Below are positions 11,678 through 20,601 of a DNA stretch of 64,000 nucleotides, piece by piece. Below the pieces are notes generated by a model. That model was given only the letters and a program-made list of their open reading frames with translations. It was not told the origin of the DNA and ran no database searches. Within the stretch, counting starts at the first letter, position 1; each line of letters opens with the position of its first letter. The DNA is from an uncultured Pelagibacteraceae bacterium. Lineage in GTDB: Bacteria; Pseudomonadota; Alphaproteobacteria; Pelagibacterales; Pelagibacteraceae. A program made the translations under genes and the position numbers. The stretch lies in contig CACIQQ010000005.1 of the NCBI GenBank assembly GCA_902588835.1, positions 8,708 through 72,707 of the forward strand, in the 5' to 3' direction.

Positions 11678-12596
11678 AAAAAGTAAAATTTTTGTTGCAG
11701 GACACAAAGGTATGGTTGGTTCATCAATCATTAGAAAGTTAAAAAAAAAAGGCTATTCAAAAATTATATTTGTAGACAAAAAAAAATTAAACTTACTGGA
11801 ACAAGATAAAGTTTTTAAATTTCTTAAAAAAATAAAACCTGACTTAGTTATAATTGCAGCTGCAAGAGTTGGAGGAATTCTAGCCAACTCTAATTTTAAG
11901 CAAATGTTTATTTATGAGAATTTACAGATTCAGAATAATTTAATTCATGGATCATTTCTTGCAAACGTTAAAAACTTGATTTTTCTTGGATCAAGTTGCA
12001 TTTATCCAAAATTTTGTAAACAACCAATGAAAGAAAGCTACCTACTAAGTGGCAAGTTAGAAGAAACGAATGATGCTTATGCAATTGCTAAAATAGCTGG
12101 TATAATGATGTGTTATAATTATTCTACTAAATACAAATTAAACTATCAATCTTTAATGCCACCTAATTTATTTGGACCCGGTGATAACTATGATTTGAAA
12201 ACTTCTCATTTTTTTCCAGCCCTGTTAAAAAAAATCTATTATGCCAAACAAAAAAGAAAAAAGATACTTAATGTATGGGGTACCGGCAAACCTAAGAGAG
12301 AATTAATGTTTGTGGATGATTTTGCAGATGCTTTGATACACTTTATGAATAAAAGAATAAAAGAACCTTTCATAAATATTGGAGTAGGAAAAGATTTTAC
12401 TATTGAGTGGTATGCTAAATATATAATGAAAAAATTAGGTATAAAACTTAAAATTATTTATGATAAAAAAAAATCAGATGGTATGCCAAAAAAGTGTCTG
12501 GACATTAGTTTAGCAAAAAAATACGGCTGGAAACCAACAAATAACCTAGACAAAGGTTTTGATCAAACTTTTAGAGATTTTCTTAAAAATAGATAA
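11667..12596 (+). CDS. fcl: GDP-L-fucose synthase
   Basis: AGHKGMVGS, AARVGGI, FLGSSCIYP and YAIAKIAG; directly follows gmd. Confidence 0.95.
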   Translation: MINKKSKIFVAGHKGMVGSSIIRKLKKKGYSKIIFVDKKKLNLLEQDKVFKFLKKIKPDLVIIAAARVGGILANSNFKQMFIYENLQIQNNLIHGSFLANVKNLIFLGSSCIYPKFCKQPMKESYLLSGKLEETNDAYAIAKIAGIMMCYNYSTKYKLNYQSLMPPNLFGPGDNYDLKTSHFFPALLKKIYYAKQKRKKILNVWGTGKPKRELMFVDDFADALIHFMNKRIKEPFINIGVGKDFTIEWYAKYIMKKLGIKLKIIYDKKKSDGMPKKCLDISLAKKYGWKPTNNLDKGFDQTFRDFLKNR

Positions 12597-12615
12597 ATTC
12601 AACTTAAAATTATTA

Positions 12616-12643
12616 TTTACAACTTATAAATTTTAAGTATAAG
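12616..12643 (+). promoter_or_regulatory. Putative sigma-70 promoter for the stand-alone 5S rRNA
   Basis: TTTACA (12616-21), 16-nt spacer, TATAAG (12638-43); the 5S 5' end lies 7 nt downstream. Confidence 0.5.
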
Positions 12644-12649
12644 TCTTAT

Positions 12650-12765
12650 GCCTGGTGATTATTGCGAAGGTGTAATACCCGATCCCATTCCGAACTCGGT
12701 AGTCAAGCCCTTCTGCGCCGATGGTACTTTGTCTTAAGACATGGAAGAGTAGGACGTTGCCAGGC
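12650..12765 (+). rRNA. rrf: 5S ribosomal RNA, unlinked from 16S/23S
   Basis: GCCTGG...CCAGGC terminal helix; conserved CCCGATCCCATTCCGAACTCGG, GCCGATGGTACT and GAGTAGG motifs; 116 nt. Confidence 0.97.
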
Positions 12766-12774
12766 TAACAAATT

Positions 12775-12900
12775 ATGAAAATAAAAAGCTCCCTAAAATC
12801 ATTAAAAAAAAGAGATCTTAACTCAAAGCTGGTTAAGAGAAGAGGAAGAGTTTACATAATTAATAAAAAAAACCCAAAATTTAAAGCTAGACAGAAGTAA
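12775..12900 (+). CDS. rpmJ: 50S ribosomal protein L36, zinc-free type
   Basis: Manual translation [41 protein letters not shown] (41 aa); below the ORF track cutoff. Confidence 0.95.
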   Translation: MKIKSSLKSLKKRDLNSKLVKRRGRVYIINKKNPKFKARQK

Positions 12901-12903
12901 TTT

Positions 12904-13014
12904 ATGGATAATGAAAACCATAAAAAAACATGGGATAATTTTACGAAGTTTGTTCTTTGGGGGACAATTTCAGTCATTGTTATTCTTACACTTCTAGCTA
13001 TTTTCTTACTATAA
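12904..13014 (+). CDS. Small single-TM protein resembling aa3-type cytochrome c oxidase subunit IV
   Basis: MDNENHKKTWDNFTKFVLWGTISVIVILTLLAIFLL (36 aa); H-x-x-T-W-x-x-F pattern plus a TM helix; fills the rpmJ-pntA gap exactly. Confidence 0.75.
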   Translation: MDNENHKKTWDNFTKFVLWGTISVIVILTLLAIFLL

Positions 13015-13019
13015 TTGAA

Positions 13020-14108
13020 ATGATAGTAGGTTCCATTAACGAAGATAGAAAAATTGAGAGCAGAGTAGCTATTACTCCAGATAACGTAAAAAAATTTATT
13101 GGACTAGGTTTAAAAGTATTAATAGAGAAAAATTATGCTCAACACCTTGGAATAGATGACAACGAATATGTGTCCTCAGGCGCAGAAATATCTGAAGATA
13201 AAAAAAAAATTTTGACTGATTCTAATTTCATACTTCAATTAAATTTACCATCTGAGGAAAATTTAAGTTCTTTAAAAGAGAATCAAAATTTAATTGGTGT
13301 TTTTAATCCTTACACTAATCAAGAAATTATCTCAGGTTTATCAAAAAAGAAAATCAATGTATTTTCGTTAGAATTGCTACCAAGAATTACAAGAGCTCAA
13401 TCGATGGACATACTTTCATCTCAAGCAAATTTAGCTGGATACAAAGCTGTAGTAGAAGCTTTTGCAAACTTCAAAAAAGCAATTCCAATGATGATGACAG
13501 CGGCAGGGACAATTCCAGCGGCAAAAATTTTAGTTATAGGTGCGGGTGTTGCAGGATTACAAGCAATCGCAACAGCAAAACGAATGGGTGGTATAGTTTT
13601 TGCAACTGATGTCAGAATGTCATCTAAAGAACAAGTTGAGAGTTTGGGGGGAAAATTTTTGACTGTAGAAGGTGCAGAAAATCTTGAGACTTCTGGTGGA
13701 TACGCTAAAGAAACCTCAGATGAATTTAAAAAAAAACAAGAGGATCTTCTTGCTGAAACATTAAAAAAAATTGATATTGTAATTTGTACAGCATTAATAC
13801 CTGGAAAAAAAGCTCCTGTAATTATTAAAGAAAATATGATTAAAAATATGCAGCCAGGTTCTGTAATTTATGATTTAGCAGCTGTTCAGGGTGGAAACAC
13901 AGCGGCAACTAAAGCAGATGAAGAAGTTGATTTAAATGGAGTAAAAATTATGGGTGAGAAAAATATATTAAATAAACTTCCAGCTTCAGCCTCAAACTTA
14001 TACTCTAAAAATATTTTTAATTTTGTATCAAATCTTTATGATAAAGAAAAAAAGAACGTAAATATAAATTTAGAAGATGAAATAATTAAGGAAACATTGG
14101 TAAAGTAA
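13020..14108 (+). CDS. pntA: NAD(P) transhydrogenase subunit alpha-1
   Basis: E-x-RVAITP, RITRAQSMDILSSQANLAGYKAV and GAGVAGLQAI. Start re-called to the ATG at 13020. Confidence 0.96.
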   Translation: MIVGSINEDRKIESRVAITPDNVKKFIGLGLKVLIEKNYAQHLGIDDNEYVSSGAEISEDKKKILTDSNFILQLNLPSEENLSSLKENQNLIGVFNPYTNQEIISGLSKKKINVFSLELLPRITRAQSMDILSSQANLAGYKAVVEAFANFKKAIPMMMTAAGTIPAAKILVIGAGVAGLQAIATAKRMGGIVFATDVRMSSKEQVESLGGKFLTVEGAENLETSGGYAKETSDEFKKKQEDLLAETLKKIDIVICTALIPGKKAPVIIKENMIKNMQPGSVIYDLAAVQGGNTAATKADEEVDLNGVKIMGEKNILNKLPASASNLYSKNIFNFVSNLYDKEKKNVNINLEDEIIKETLVK

Positions 14109-14110
14109 CT

Positions 14111-14422
14111 ATGGAAATAGACCCATTTATTTTTAGATTAAGTATATTTATATTATCAATCTTTGTTGGTTACTATGTTGTATGGAGCGTTACTCCTTCA
14201 TTGCATACTCCTTTGATGTCGGTAACTAACGCAATATCCTCAGTAATTATTGTTGGAGCTATTATTGCTTCATTGGCTGGTACAAACTTAAGTGTTTTTA
14301 ATCAATCTAGTATATTCGGATTTTTAGCTATTGTGCTTGCAGCAATTAATATTTTTGGTGGATTTTTAGTGACACAAAGAATGTTAGCAATGTACAAGAA
14401 AAAAAAGAAAGATAAAAAATGA
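14111..14422 (+). CDS. NAD(P) transhydrogenase subunit alpha-2
   Basis: VTPSLHTPLMSVTNAISS and NIFGGFLVTQRMLAMY. Confidence 0.96.
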   Translation: MEIDPFIFRLSIFILSIFVGYYVVWSVTPSLHTPLMSVTNAISSVIIVGAIIASLAGTNLSVFNQSSIFGFLAIVLAAINIFGGFLVTQRMLAMYKKKKKDKK

Positions 14423-15816
14423 TATCTGCGAATTTACTAGCAATATTCTATCTAATTTCAGGAATTTTATTTATTTTAGCTTTAAGAGGCTTATCTTCAC
14501 CAGAAACTTCAAGACAAGGAAATTTATTTGGAATAATCGGAATGGCAATCGCTATAACTGTCACTTTCCTTTCTATTGATAATTTTTCAAGTGGATTTCT
14601 TTATGTGTTATTATTCTTACTGATTGGAGGCTCAATAGGAGCATTTATTGCATTTAAAATACCTATGACTGCAATGCCAGAATTAGTAGCTGGTTTTCAT
14701 AGTTTGGTAGGTTTAGCTGCAGTTTTTGTTGCAATATCTGCTTTTATAAGTCCTGAAGTTTTTAATTTAGGTTCTGCAGGAAATATTAAACTAGCTAGTC
14801 TAATTGAGATGTCGATAGGAGCGGCTGTTGGTGCAATTACTTTTTCAGGTTCAATAATAGCTTTTCTTAAATTAAGAGGATTAATGTCTGGTTCTCCAAT
14901 AACTTTTCCAGGACAACATATATTAAACTTATTAATTTTGATTTCTATTATAATTCTTACATATTTTTTATGTTTAAATCAGTCTCCTAGTTTTTTCTGG
15001 TCATTAATTGCAATTTCTTTTCTAGTTGGTTTTTTATTAATCATTCCGATAGGTGGTGCAGATATGCCAGTAGTAATTTCAATGCTTAATTCTTATTCAG
15101 GCTGGGCTGCAGCTGGAATAGGTTTTACTTTAGAAAATACTGCCTTGATAATCACTGGTGCTTTAGTGGGTTCTTCAGGTGCAATACTATCTTACATAAT
15201 GTGCAAAGGTATGAATAGATCATTTTTTAATGTTATACTCGGAGGATTTGGAGGAACGGATCAAACTTCAAGCAAGACAAGTAAAGAGCAAAAACCAGTT
15301 AAAAGTGGAAATGCGGATGATGCAGCTTTTTTAATGAAAAATGCCTCATCAGTTATAATTGTTCCTGGATATGGAATGGCTGTTGCGCAGGCACAACATG
15401 CGTTAAGAGAAATGGTAGACTCTCTGAAAAAAAATGGTGTAAAAGTTTCATACGCAATTCATCCTGTTGCAGGCAGAATGCCTGGGCATATGAATGTTTT
15501 GTTAGCTGAAGCAAACGTTCCTTATGATGAAGTGTTTGAATTGGAAGAGATCAATAATGACTTTGCCAATTGTGATGTAGCTTATGTAATAGGAGCAAAC
15601 GATGTTACAAATCCAGTTGCTAAAACAGATCCCCAAAGTCCAATATACGGCATGCCAGTGCTTGACGTAGAAAAAAGTAAGTCTGTTTTGTTTGTAAAAA
15701 GGAGTTTATCACCAGGTTATGCAGGTATAGATAACGATTTGTTTTATAGGGATAATACTTTAATGCTATTTGCAGATGCAAAAAAAATGACAGAAGATAT
15801 AATTAAGAATTTATAA
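14419..15816 (+). CDS. pntB: NAD(P) transhydrogenase subunit beta
   Basis: MTAMPELVA, GGADMPVVISMLNSYSGWA and HPVAGRMPGHMNVLLAEA. Confidence 0.97.
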   Translation: MISANLLAIFYLISGILFILALRGLSSPETSRQGNLFGIIGMAIAITVTFLSIDNFSSGFLYVLLFLLIGGSIGAFIAFKIPMTAMPELVAGFHSLVGLAAVFVAISAFISPEVFNLGSAGNIKLASLIEMSIGAAVGAITFSGSIIAFLKLRGLMSGSPITFPGQHILNLLILISIIILTYFLCLNQSPSFFWSLIAISFLVGFLLIIPIGGADMPVVISMLNSYSGWAAAGIGFTLENTALIITGALVGSSGAILSYIMCKGMNRSFFNVILGGFGGTDQTSSKTSKEQKPVKSGNADDAAFLMKNASSVIIVPGYGMAVAQAQHALREMVDSLKKNGVKVSYAIHPVAGRMPGHMNVLLAEANVPYDEVFELEEINNDFANCDVAYVIGANDVTNPVAKTDPQSPIYGMPVLDVEKSKSVLFVKRSLSPGYAGIDNDLFYRDNTLMLFADAKKMTEDIIKNL

Positions 15817-15817
15817 A

Positions 15818-16510
15818 TTGACAAAAATATTTTGTGATATCGCAGACATCAATTTAATCAAAAAATTTGATAAAAAGAAAATTGTTAAGGGATTTACAAC
15901 AAACCCATCTTTGATGAGAAAAGCAGGAGCAAAAGACTATCAAAATTATTCAAAAAAAATTTTAGAATTGACCAAAAAACCAATTTCATTTGAAGTGTTT
16001 GCAGACAATCATGATGAAATGATAAAACAAGGAAAAAAAATCTCTACCTGGGGTAAAAATGTCTTTGTAAAAGTTCCTTATTCAAATACGAAGGGTATAT
16101 TTTCAGGCAAAGTAATAAAAGCTTTAAATTCAAAAAAAATTAAACTTAATATTACTGCTGTTTATAACGCAACACAAACTCAAAAGATTTTAAAGAATAT
16201 AGATAAAAAAACTAAGGTAATAATATCTATATTTGCTGGAAGAATGGCTGATGCAGGAAAAAATCCATTACCTGAATTTAAAAAAAGTTTAAAGTTTTCG
16301 AAAAAATTTAAAAATGTTGAAATATTATGGGCAAGTACAAGAGAGGCATACAATCTTTTACAAGCAAAAGAATTAGGTTGTCACATTATAACTGCACCTC
16401 CAAAAATAATTGAAACAATTGAAAATTTTGGAAAAACTTTTGATAAACTTACTAAGGATACTGTTAAAGGTTTTTTAATCGACAGTAGGAAGTCAAGATT
16501 TAAAATTTAA
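15818..16510 (+). CDS. Transaldolase family protein (short type)
   Basis: GFTTNPSL, Schiff-base VKVP and FAGR motifs; TTG start. Confidence 0.88.
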   Translation: MTKIFCDIADINLIKKFDKKKIVKGFTTNPSLMRKAGAKDYQNYSKKILELTKKPISFEVFADNHDEMIKQGKKISTWGKNVFVKVPYSNTKGIFSGKVIKALNSKKIKLNITAVYNATQTQKILKNIDKKTKVIISIFAGRMADAGKNPLPEFKKSLKFSKKFKNVEILWASTREAYNLLQAKELGCHIITAPPKIIETIENFGKTFDKLTKDTVKGFLIDSRKSRFKI

Positions 16511-16511
16511 T

Positions 16512-16588
<77 letters not shown>

Positions 16589-16591
16589 ATG

Positions 16592-16786
16592 TTAAATTCT
16601 ATTTTTAAGTTTGTTAAGTTTCTTAACTCTTTTAATATTTTCTTGCAGGATTCTTTTTTTTTTTTCAGATGGTTTTTCGTAAGTGTTTTTAAGTTTTACT
16701 ATTTTAAAAAAACCGTCTCTTTGGAGTTTTCTTTTTAAAACTCTCAAAGCTTGTTCCACATTATTATCTTTAACGTCTATTTTAAT
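16592..16786 (-). CDS. rpsU: 30S ribosomal protein bS21, apparent ATT start
   Basis: Manual translation (M)KIDVKDNNVEQALRVLKRKLQRDGFFKIVKLKNTYEKPSEKKKR... with the YEKPS motif. GGGAGG lies 5 nt upstream of ATT, and an in-frame TAA lies 8 codons upstream. Confidence 0.93.
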   Translation of the reverse strand: MKIDVKDNNVEQALRVLKRKLQRDGFFKIVKLKNTYEKPSEKKKRILQENIKRVKKLNKLKNRI

Positions 16787-16808
16787 AACATCCTCCCAAA
16801 AAAAAGTT

Positions 16809-16837
16809 TAAATAACACTTATAAAATTTCATGTCCA
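16809..16837 (-). promoter_or_regulatory. Putative sigma-70 promoter for rpsU-tRNA-fMet
   Basis: On the minus strand TGGACA, 17 nt, TATTTA (preceded by TG-n), upstream of the GGGAGG site. Confidence 0.4.
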
Positions 16838-16845
16838 TCAGTTTT

Positions 16846-17430
16846 TTAAGAATTTTGACTTTGGCTTGCTTTTAAAGCCTTCTCTTTTAATTTTTTCTCT
16901 CTCTTTATACGTCTTTCTGCTTTCTCACTTGCCTCGAGAAGCTCTTTTTGAGTAAATAAATTCATCGCAACAGGGTCTTTTGCATTTAAATTATTATAAT
17001 TCCAGTAACTTTTATTTCTAATAGATACAACTGAGTTTTTTGTTATACCAACAAGTTTAGCTATTTGAGAGTCTTTTAATTGTGGATAGCTTTTAATTAA
17101 CCACAAAACAGAATCTGGTTTATCCTGCCTTTTTGATAATGGAACATATTTTTTAATTTTCTGTTCATCAGATGTTATTTTCACTTCAGTATTAGTAATT
17201 TTTAAAGCCCTATCTTGATCTTTGCTAGACAATTCGATTTCTTCCTTAGTCAGTTGTCCTGATGTGATAGGATTATAAGCTTTAATACCTTTTGCTACTT
17301 CCCCATCTGCAATACCTTGAACTTCCACCTCGTGAAGGTTACAAAAATCAGCAATTTGTTTGAATGTTAAAGTTGTGTTTTCTACAAGCCAAACAGCAGT
17401 AGCCATCGGCATTAATGGCGTTAGTGTCAT
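16846..17430 (-). CDS. trcR: DUF1013 family / cell-cycle transcriptional regulator TrcR
   Basis: PLMPMATAVWLVENTTLTFKQIADFC, YVPLSKRQDKPD and DPV motifs of DUF1013. Confidence 0.85.
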   Translation of the reverse strand: MTLTPLMPMATAVWLVENTTLTFKQIADFCNLHEVEVQGIADGEVAKGIKAYNPITSGQLTKEEIELSSKDQDRALKITNTEVKITSDEQKIKKYVPLSKRQDKPDSVLWLIKSYPQLKDSQIAKLVGITKNSVVSIRNKSYWNYNNLNAKDPVAMNLFTQKELLEASEKAERRIKREKKLKEKALKASQSQNS

Positions 17431-17431
17431 T

Positions 17432-17659
17432 TTATTTGCTCTTAGATTTGAAGTTTTGGAATTTTTTATTAAATCTGCTTACTCTTCCTTTATCTAGCAA
17501 CTTTTGCTTACCACCTGTCCACGCTGAATGAGATTTTGGATCAATTTCTAATTTTAAAACCTCCCCTTCAGAGCCCCATGTAGACTTAGTTTCAAATTGA
17601 GATCCATCGGTCATCTCTACTTTGATAGTATGATAGTTTGGGTGAATTTTTTTTTTCAT
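17432..17659 (-). CDS. rpmE: 50S ribosomal protein L31, zinc-free type
   Basis: [23 protein letters not shown] and [10 protein letters not shown]. Confidence 0.96.
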   Translation of the reverse strand: MKKKIHPNYHTIKVEMTDGSQFETKSTWGSEGEVLKLEIDPKSHSAWTGGKQKLLDKGRVSRFNKKFQNFKSKSK

Positions 17660-17694
17660 AGGTGAACTTATAGCAAATGAAAATTATAAAACAA

Positions 17695-18435
17695 TTAAAA
17701 CATAGAAATTTTGTTATTAATTTCCTTTTCAATACTTTGGTTGGATGCAATTAGGCTGATATTTTCAGTTTTTTTTAAATCAATATCACTTAAAACTCCG
17801 CCAGCCTCTCTTACTAATATTGAGCCTGCTGCAATGTCCCATAAACTTAAATTTTTGTGAAAACTTCCGTCAAATCTCCCACACGATACGTAAGCAAGAT
17901 CTAAAGCTGCACTACCTGTAATTCGAATTGTCAAACCGTCTGAAGAAATCTTTTTACTGTTAGATGAGAATAAACACTCAGAAATTTCCCTTTTTCTCGA
18001 AACTCGTATGCTCTTATTATTCATGTATGCACCAGAATTTTTTTCTGCATAATAGATTTCGTCTTTTATAGGATCAAATATTACTCCAGAAACAATTTCA
18101 TTATCTAAAACTAAGCCAACTGAAATACAGAAATGGGGTATTCCATTTATAAAATTTGTTGTACCATCTATAGGGTCTATAACCCAGAAGTTTTCTTTAT
18201 CTTCATTTTTAATGAAACCACTCTCCTCAGTTAAAAAAGAATATTTTTTTTTTGATTTAGATAGTTCATTAACCAACATATCTTCAACTTTTCTATCTGA
18301 ATTTGTGACGAAATTTTTTGGACCCTTTATTGAAACTTGAAGTTTTTCAACTTCTCCAAAGTCTCTTATCAATACTTTAGAAACCTTTTCACAAGATTTT
18401 ATCATTAAATTTAGGGTCGGAGAAATCGAGTTCAT
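17695..18435 (-). CDS. suhB: Inositol monophosphatase family (SuhB)
   Basis: WVIDPIDGTTNF, GSAALDLAYV and WDIAAG. Confidence 0.92.
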   Translation of the reverse strand: MNSISPTLNLMIKSCEKVSKVLIRDFGEVEKLQVSIKGPKNFVTNSDRKVEDMLVNELSKSKKKYSFLTEESGFIKNEDKENFWVIDPIDGTTNFINGIPHFCISVGLVLDNEIVSGVIFDPIKDEIYYAEKNSGAYMNNKSIRVSRKREISECLFSSNSKKISSDGLTIRITGSAALDLAYVSCGRFDGSFHKNLSLWDIAAGSILVREAGGVLSDIDLKKTENISLIASNQSIEKEINNKISMF

Positions 18436-18440
18436 ATTTT

Positions 18441-19001
18441 TTATAATTTTTTTATATACTCAATTGTTCTTGTATCTACTAATATTTCATCTCCACTTTC
18501 TATAAATGGTGGAACTTGAATTTTTATATCATTTTCTAAAATTGCAGGCTTGTAAGATGATGAGACTGTTTGACCTTTTAACGCAACATCGGTTGATTTT
18601 ATTTTAAACTGCACTTGATTTGGTAACTCAATACCTATTGCTTTATCTTCATGAAATATCAGATCGACGTTTAAGTTTTCTTTTAGTAGCTTGCCTTTTT
18701 CTCCTATAATGTCTTTTTTTACATCTACTTGTTCAAAATTTTTTTGATTTATAAAGTAATAATTTATTTCATCATCATACAAATAATTAAATTTAATATT
18801 CTCTATACTTGCTTTTTCTATCGTATCGTTAGACCTGAACCTCTCATTTAACTTTGTATTTTTATTTATACTTTTCATCTCAACTTGGCAAAAAGCTCCA
18901 CCCTTACCAGGTTTGACGTGTTGAGTTTTTAAGATTTCCCAAAGATCATCTTTGTATTCAATCAACATCCCAACTTTAATTTCATTAGCGTTTATTTTCA
19001 T
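18441..19001 (-). CDS. efp: Elongation factor P
   Basis: HVKPGKGGAF, KPAILE and VPPFI. Confidence 0.96.
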   Translation of the reverse strand: MKINANEIKVGMLIEYKDDLWEILKTQHVKPGKGGAFCQVEMKSINKNTKLNERFRSNDTIEKASIENIKFNYLYDDEINYYFINQKNFEQVDVKKDIIGEKGKLLKENLNVDLIFHEDKAIGIELPNQVQFKIKSTDVALKGQTVSSSYKPAILENDIKIQVPPFIESGDEILVDTRTIEYIKKL

Positions 19002-19603
19002 AAAAATTCTTTAATTGCTTTTGCTGGTTTTTTATCCCAAATGCCCCCTGAGATAGCTAAAAAGTCCGGTTTATGCAACAGAAGTTTTCTAAAATTTTTA
19101 TTAGTTATTCCTCCAATTATAACAACAGGTATTTTTGTGAATCTTCTAACCCAAGATATTAAACTTGGTTTTGCGATGTAATTAACTTTTTTCGTTTTTG
19201 ATTTAAAAAAAGCACCTATAGCAATATAATTTGCACCATCTTTAATGGCATGCTTAATCAATTTTTTGGAATTATGACATGTAATACCAATAATTTTTTT
19301 TCTTAAAATTTTTCTTGCCTCTTGAATGATCATATCATTTTGCCCCAAATGACAACCATCTGCATCAATTTTTTTTGCCAGATTAGGATCATCATTTATT
19401 ATTAATTTTACTTTATACTTTTTACAAATTTTTTTGATTTTAACTCCAATTTTTTCTCTCTCTATTAAAGGGTATTGTTTTAATCTTAATTGAAAAAAAC
19501 TTACTAAATTGGAACTGAGAACGACTTTTAAATTGTTATAAAAACTCTTCTTTATTTTGTTTGGTGAAATTAAATAAATAAACCTTTTTTTATTGGCTTT
19601 CAA
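18998..19603 (-). CDS. thiE: Thiamine-phosphate synthase
   Basis: QLRLK, INDD, DGCHLGQ and IGGI. Start uncertain; TTG at 19603 preferred. Confidence 0.88.
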   Translation of the reverse strand: MKANKKRFIYLISPNKIKKSFYNNLKVVLSSNLVSFFQLRLKQYPLIEREKIGVKIKKICKKYKVKLIINDDPNLAKKIDADGCHLGQNDMIIQEARKILRKKIIGITCHNSKKLIKHAIKDGANYIAIGAFFKSKTKKVNYIAKPSLISWVRRFTKIPVVIIGGITNKNFRKLLLHKPDFLAISGGIWDKKPAKAIKEFL

Positions 19604-20600
19604 TTTCTTTAGACCATTTTCCTTGAGCAGCAAGAGTATTCATTTTTGCTCTGTGGTTAAATACTTTTTGGGTTCCCTCAATATCTTTTATATTCTTAGA
19701 CCAAAATTTAAGAGCACCTTGTTGCAATGCTCGTCCGTAGGAGTAACTCATTATAAAACTAGTCTTATTCAATTTATTTATCAAATTTAAATTTTCTGTC
19801 GCCTCCAGTTCTGACTGTCCACCAGATAAAAAAGCTATACCAGGAACTTCTGAGGGCACAGAACTTTTCAAGCAGTCCAAGGTTAATTTTGCTACCTCCT
19901 CATTAGAGATTTTTTTCTTTGATTTATTTCCAGCTAGAATCATATTTGGTTTTAATATTACTCCTTTTAAATCAACCTTATGAAGAATAAGTTCCTCAAA
20001 ACACTTCTTAATGACCTCGGAGGTTTTTTGAAAACACTCTTCAGCTGAATGGTCTCCATCCATTAAAACCTCTGGTTCAACAATTGGTACCATATTACAT
20101 TCTTGTACTAATGCGGAATATCTAGCTAACGCGTGTGCATTAGAATGAATAGATAATTTGCTCGGGAAATCTTTTGATATATTATAAACACCTCTCCATT
20201 TGGTGAACTTTGCTCCAAGTTTAAAATATTCCTTTAGTCTATCCCTTAAACCATCTAACCCTTCTGTAATTTTTTCATTTGGTGACCCAGCTAAACTTTT
20301 TGCACCGGTATCTACTTTAATTCCTGCACAAGATCCCATACTCTCAATTAATTCCGGTATCTTGTTTTTTTTTGAGGATATCTGCTTAATTGTTTCATCA
20401 TACAGTATGACTCCACCAATACAATTTTTCATTTCTGATGAACAAAAAAGAGTTTCTCTAAAAAGTAATCTATTTTCTGGGGTTGAAGGCACACCTACAC
20501 CATCAAGCCTTTTTGTCATTGTCCCCGTGCTTTCATCTGCAGCCAGAATTCCTTTGCCACTTCCAAGAATTTTAATAACTATATTATTTAGTTCAGACAT
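19590..20600 (-). CDS. Fructose-bisphosphate aldolase class I (eukaryote-like)
   Basis: KGILAADES, GIKVD, KWR, VPIVEPEV, LKPNM, FLSGGQS and SYGRALQ. Confidence 0.95.
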   Translation of the reverse strand: MSELNNIVIKILGSGKGILAADESTGTMTKRLDGVGVPSTPENRLLFRETLFCSSEMKNCIGGVILYDETIKQISSKKNKIPELIESMGSCAGIKVDTGAKSLAGSPNEKITEGLDGLRDRLKEYFKLGAKFTKWRGVYNISKDFPSKLSIHSNAHALARYSALVQECNMVPIVEPEVLMDGDHSAEECFQKTSEVIKKCFEELILHKVDLKGVILKPNMILAGNKSKKKISNEEVAKLTLDCLKSSVPSEVPGIAFLSGGQSELEATENLNLINKLNKTSFIMSYSYGRALQQGALKFWSKNIKDIEGTQKVFNHRAKMNTLAAQGKWSKEIESQ

Positions 20601-20601
20601 A

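Noticed and set aside
12957-13019. Extended PntA N-terminus from a TTG at 12957
   Set aside because: It overlaps the 36-aa small gene; homology starts at the ATG at 13020.
16651-16666. Long A/T homopolymers (e.g. 12 nt in rpsU) as phase-variation tracts
   Set aside because: They encode Lys runs in frame and are expected at this AT content; I saw no frameshifted gene.
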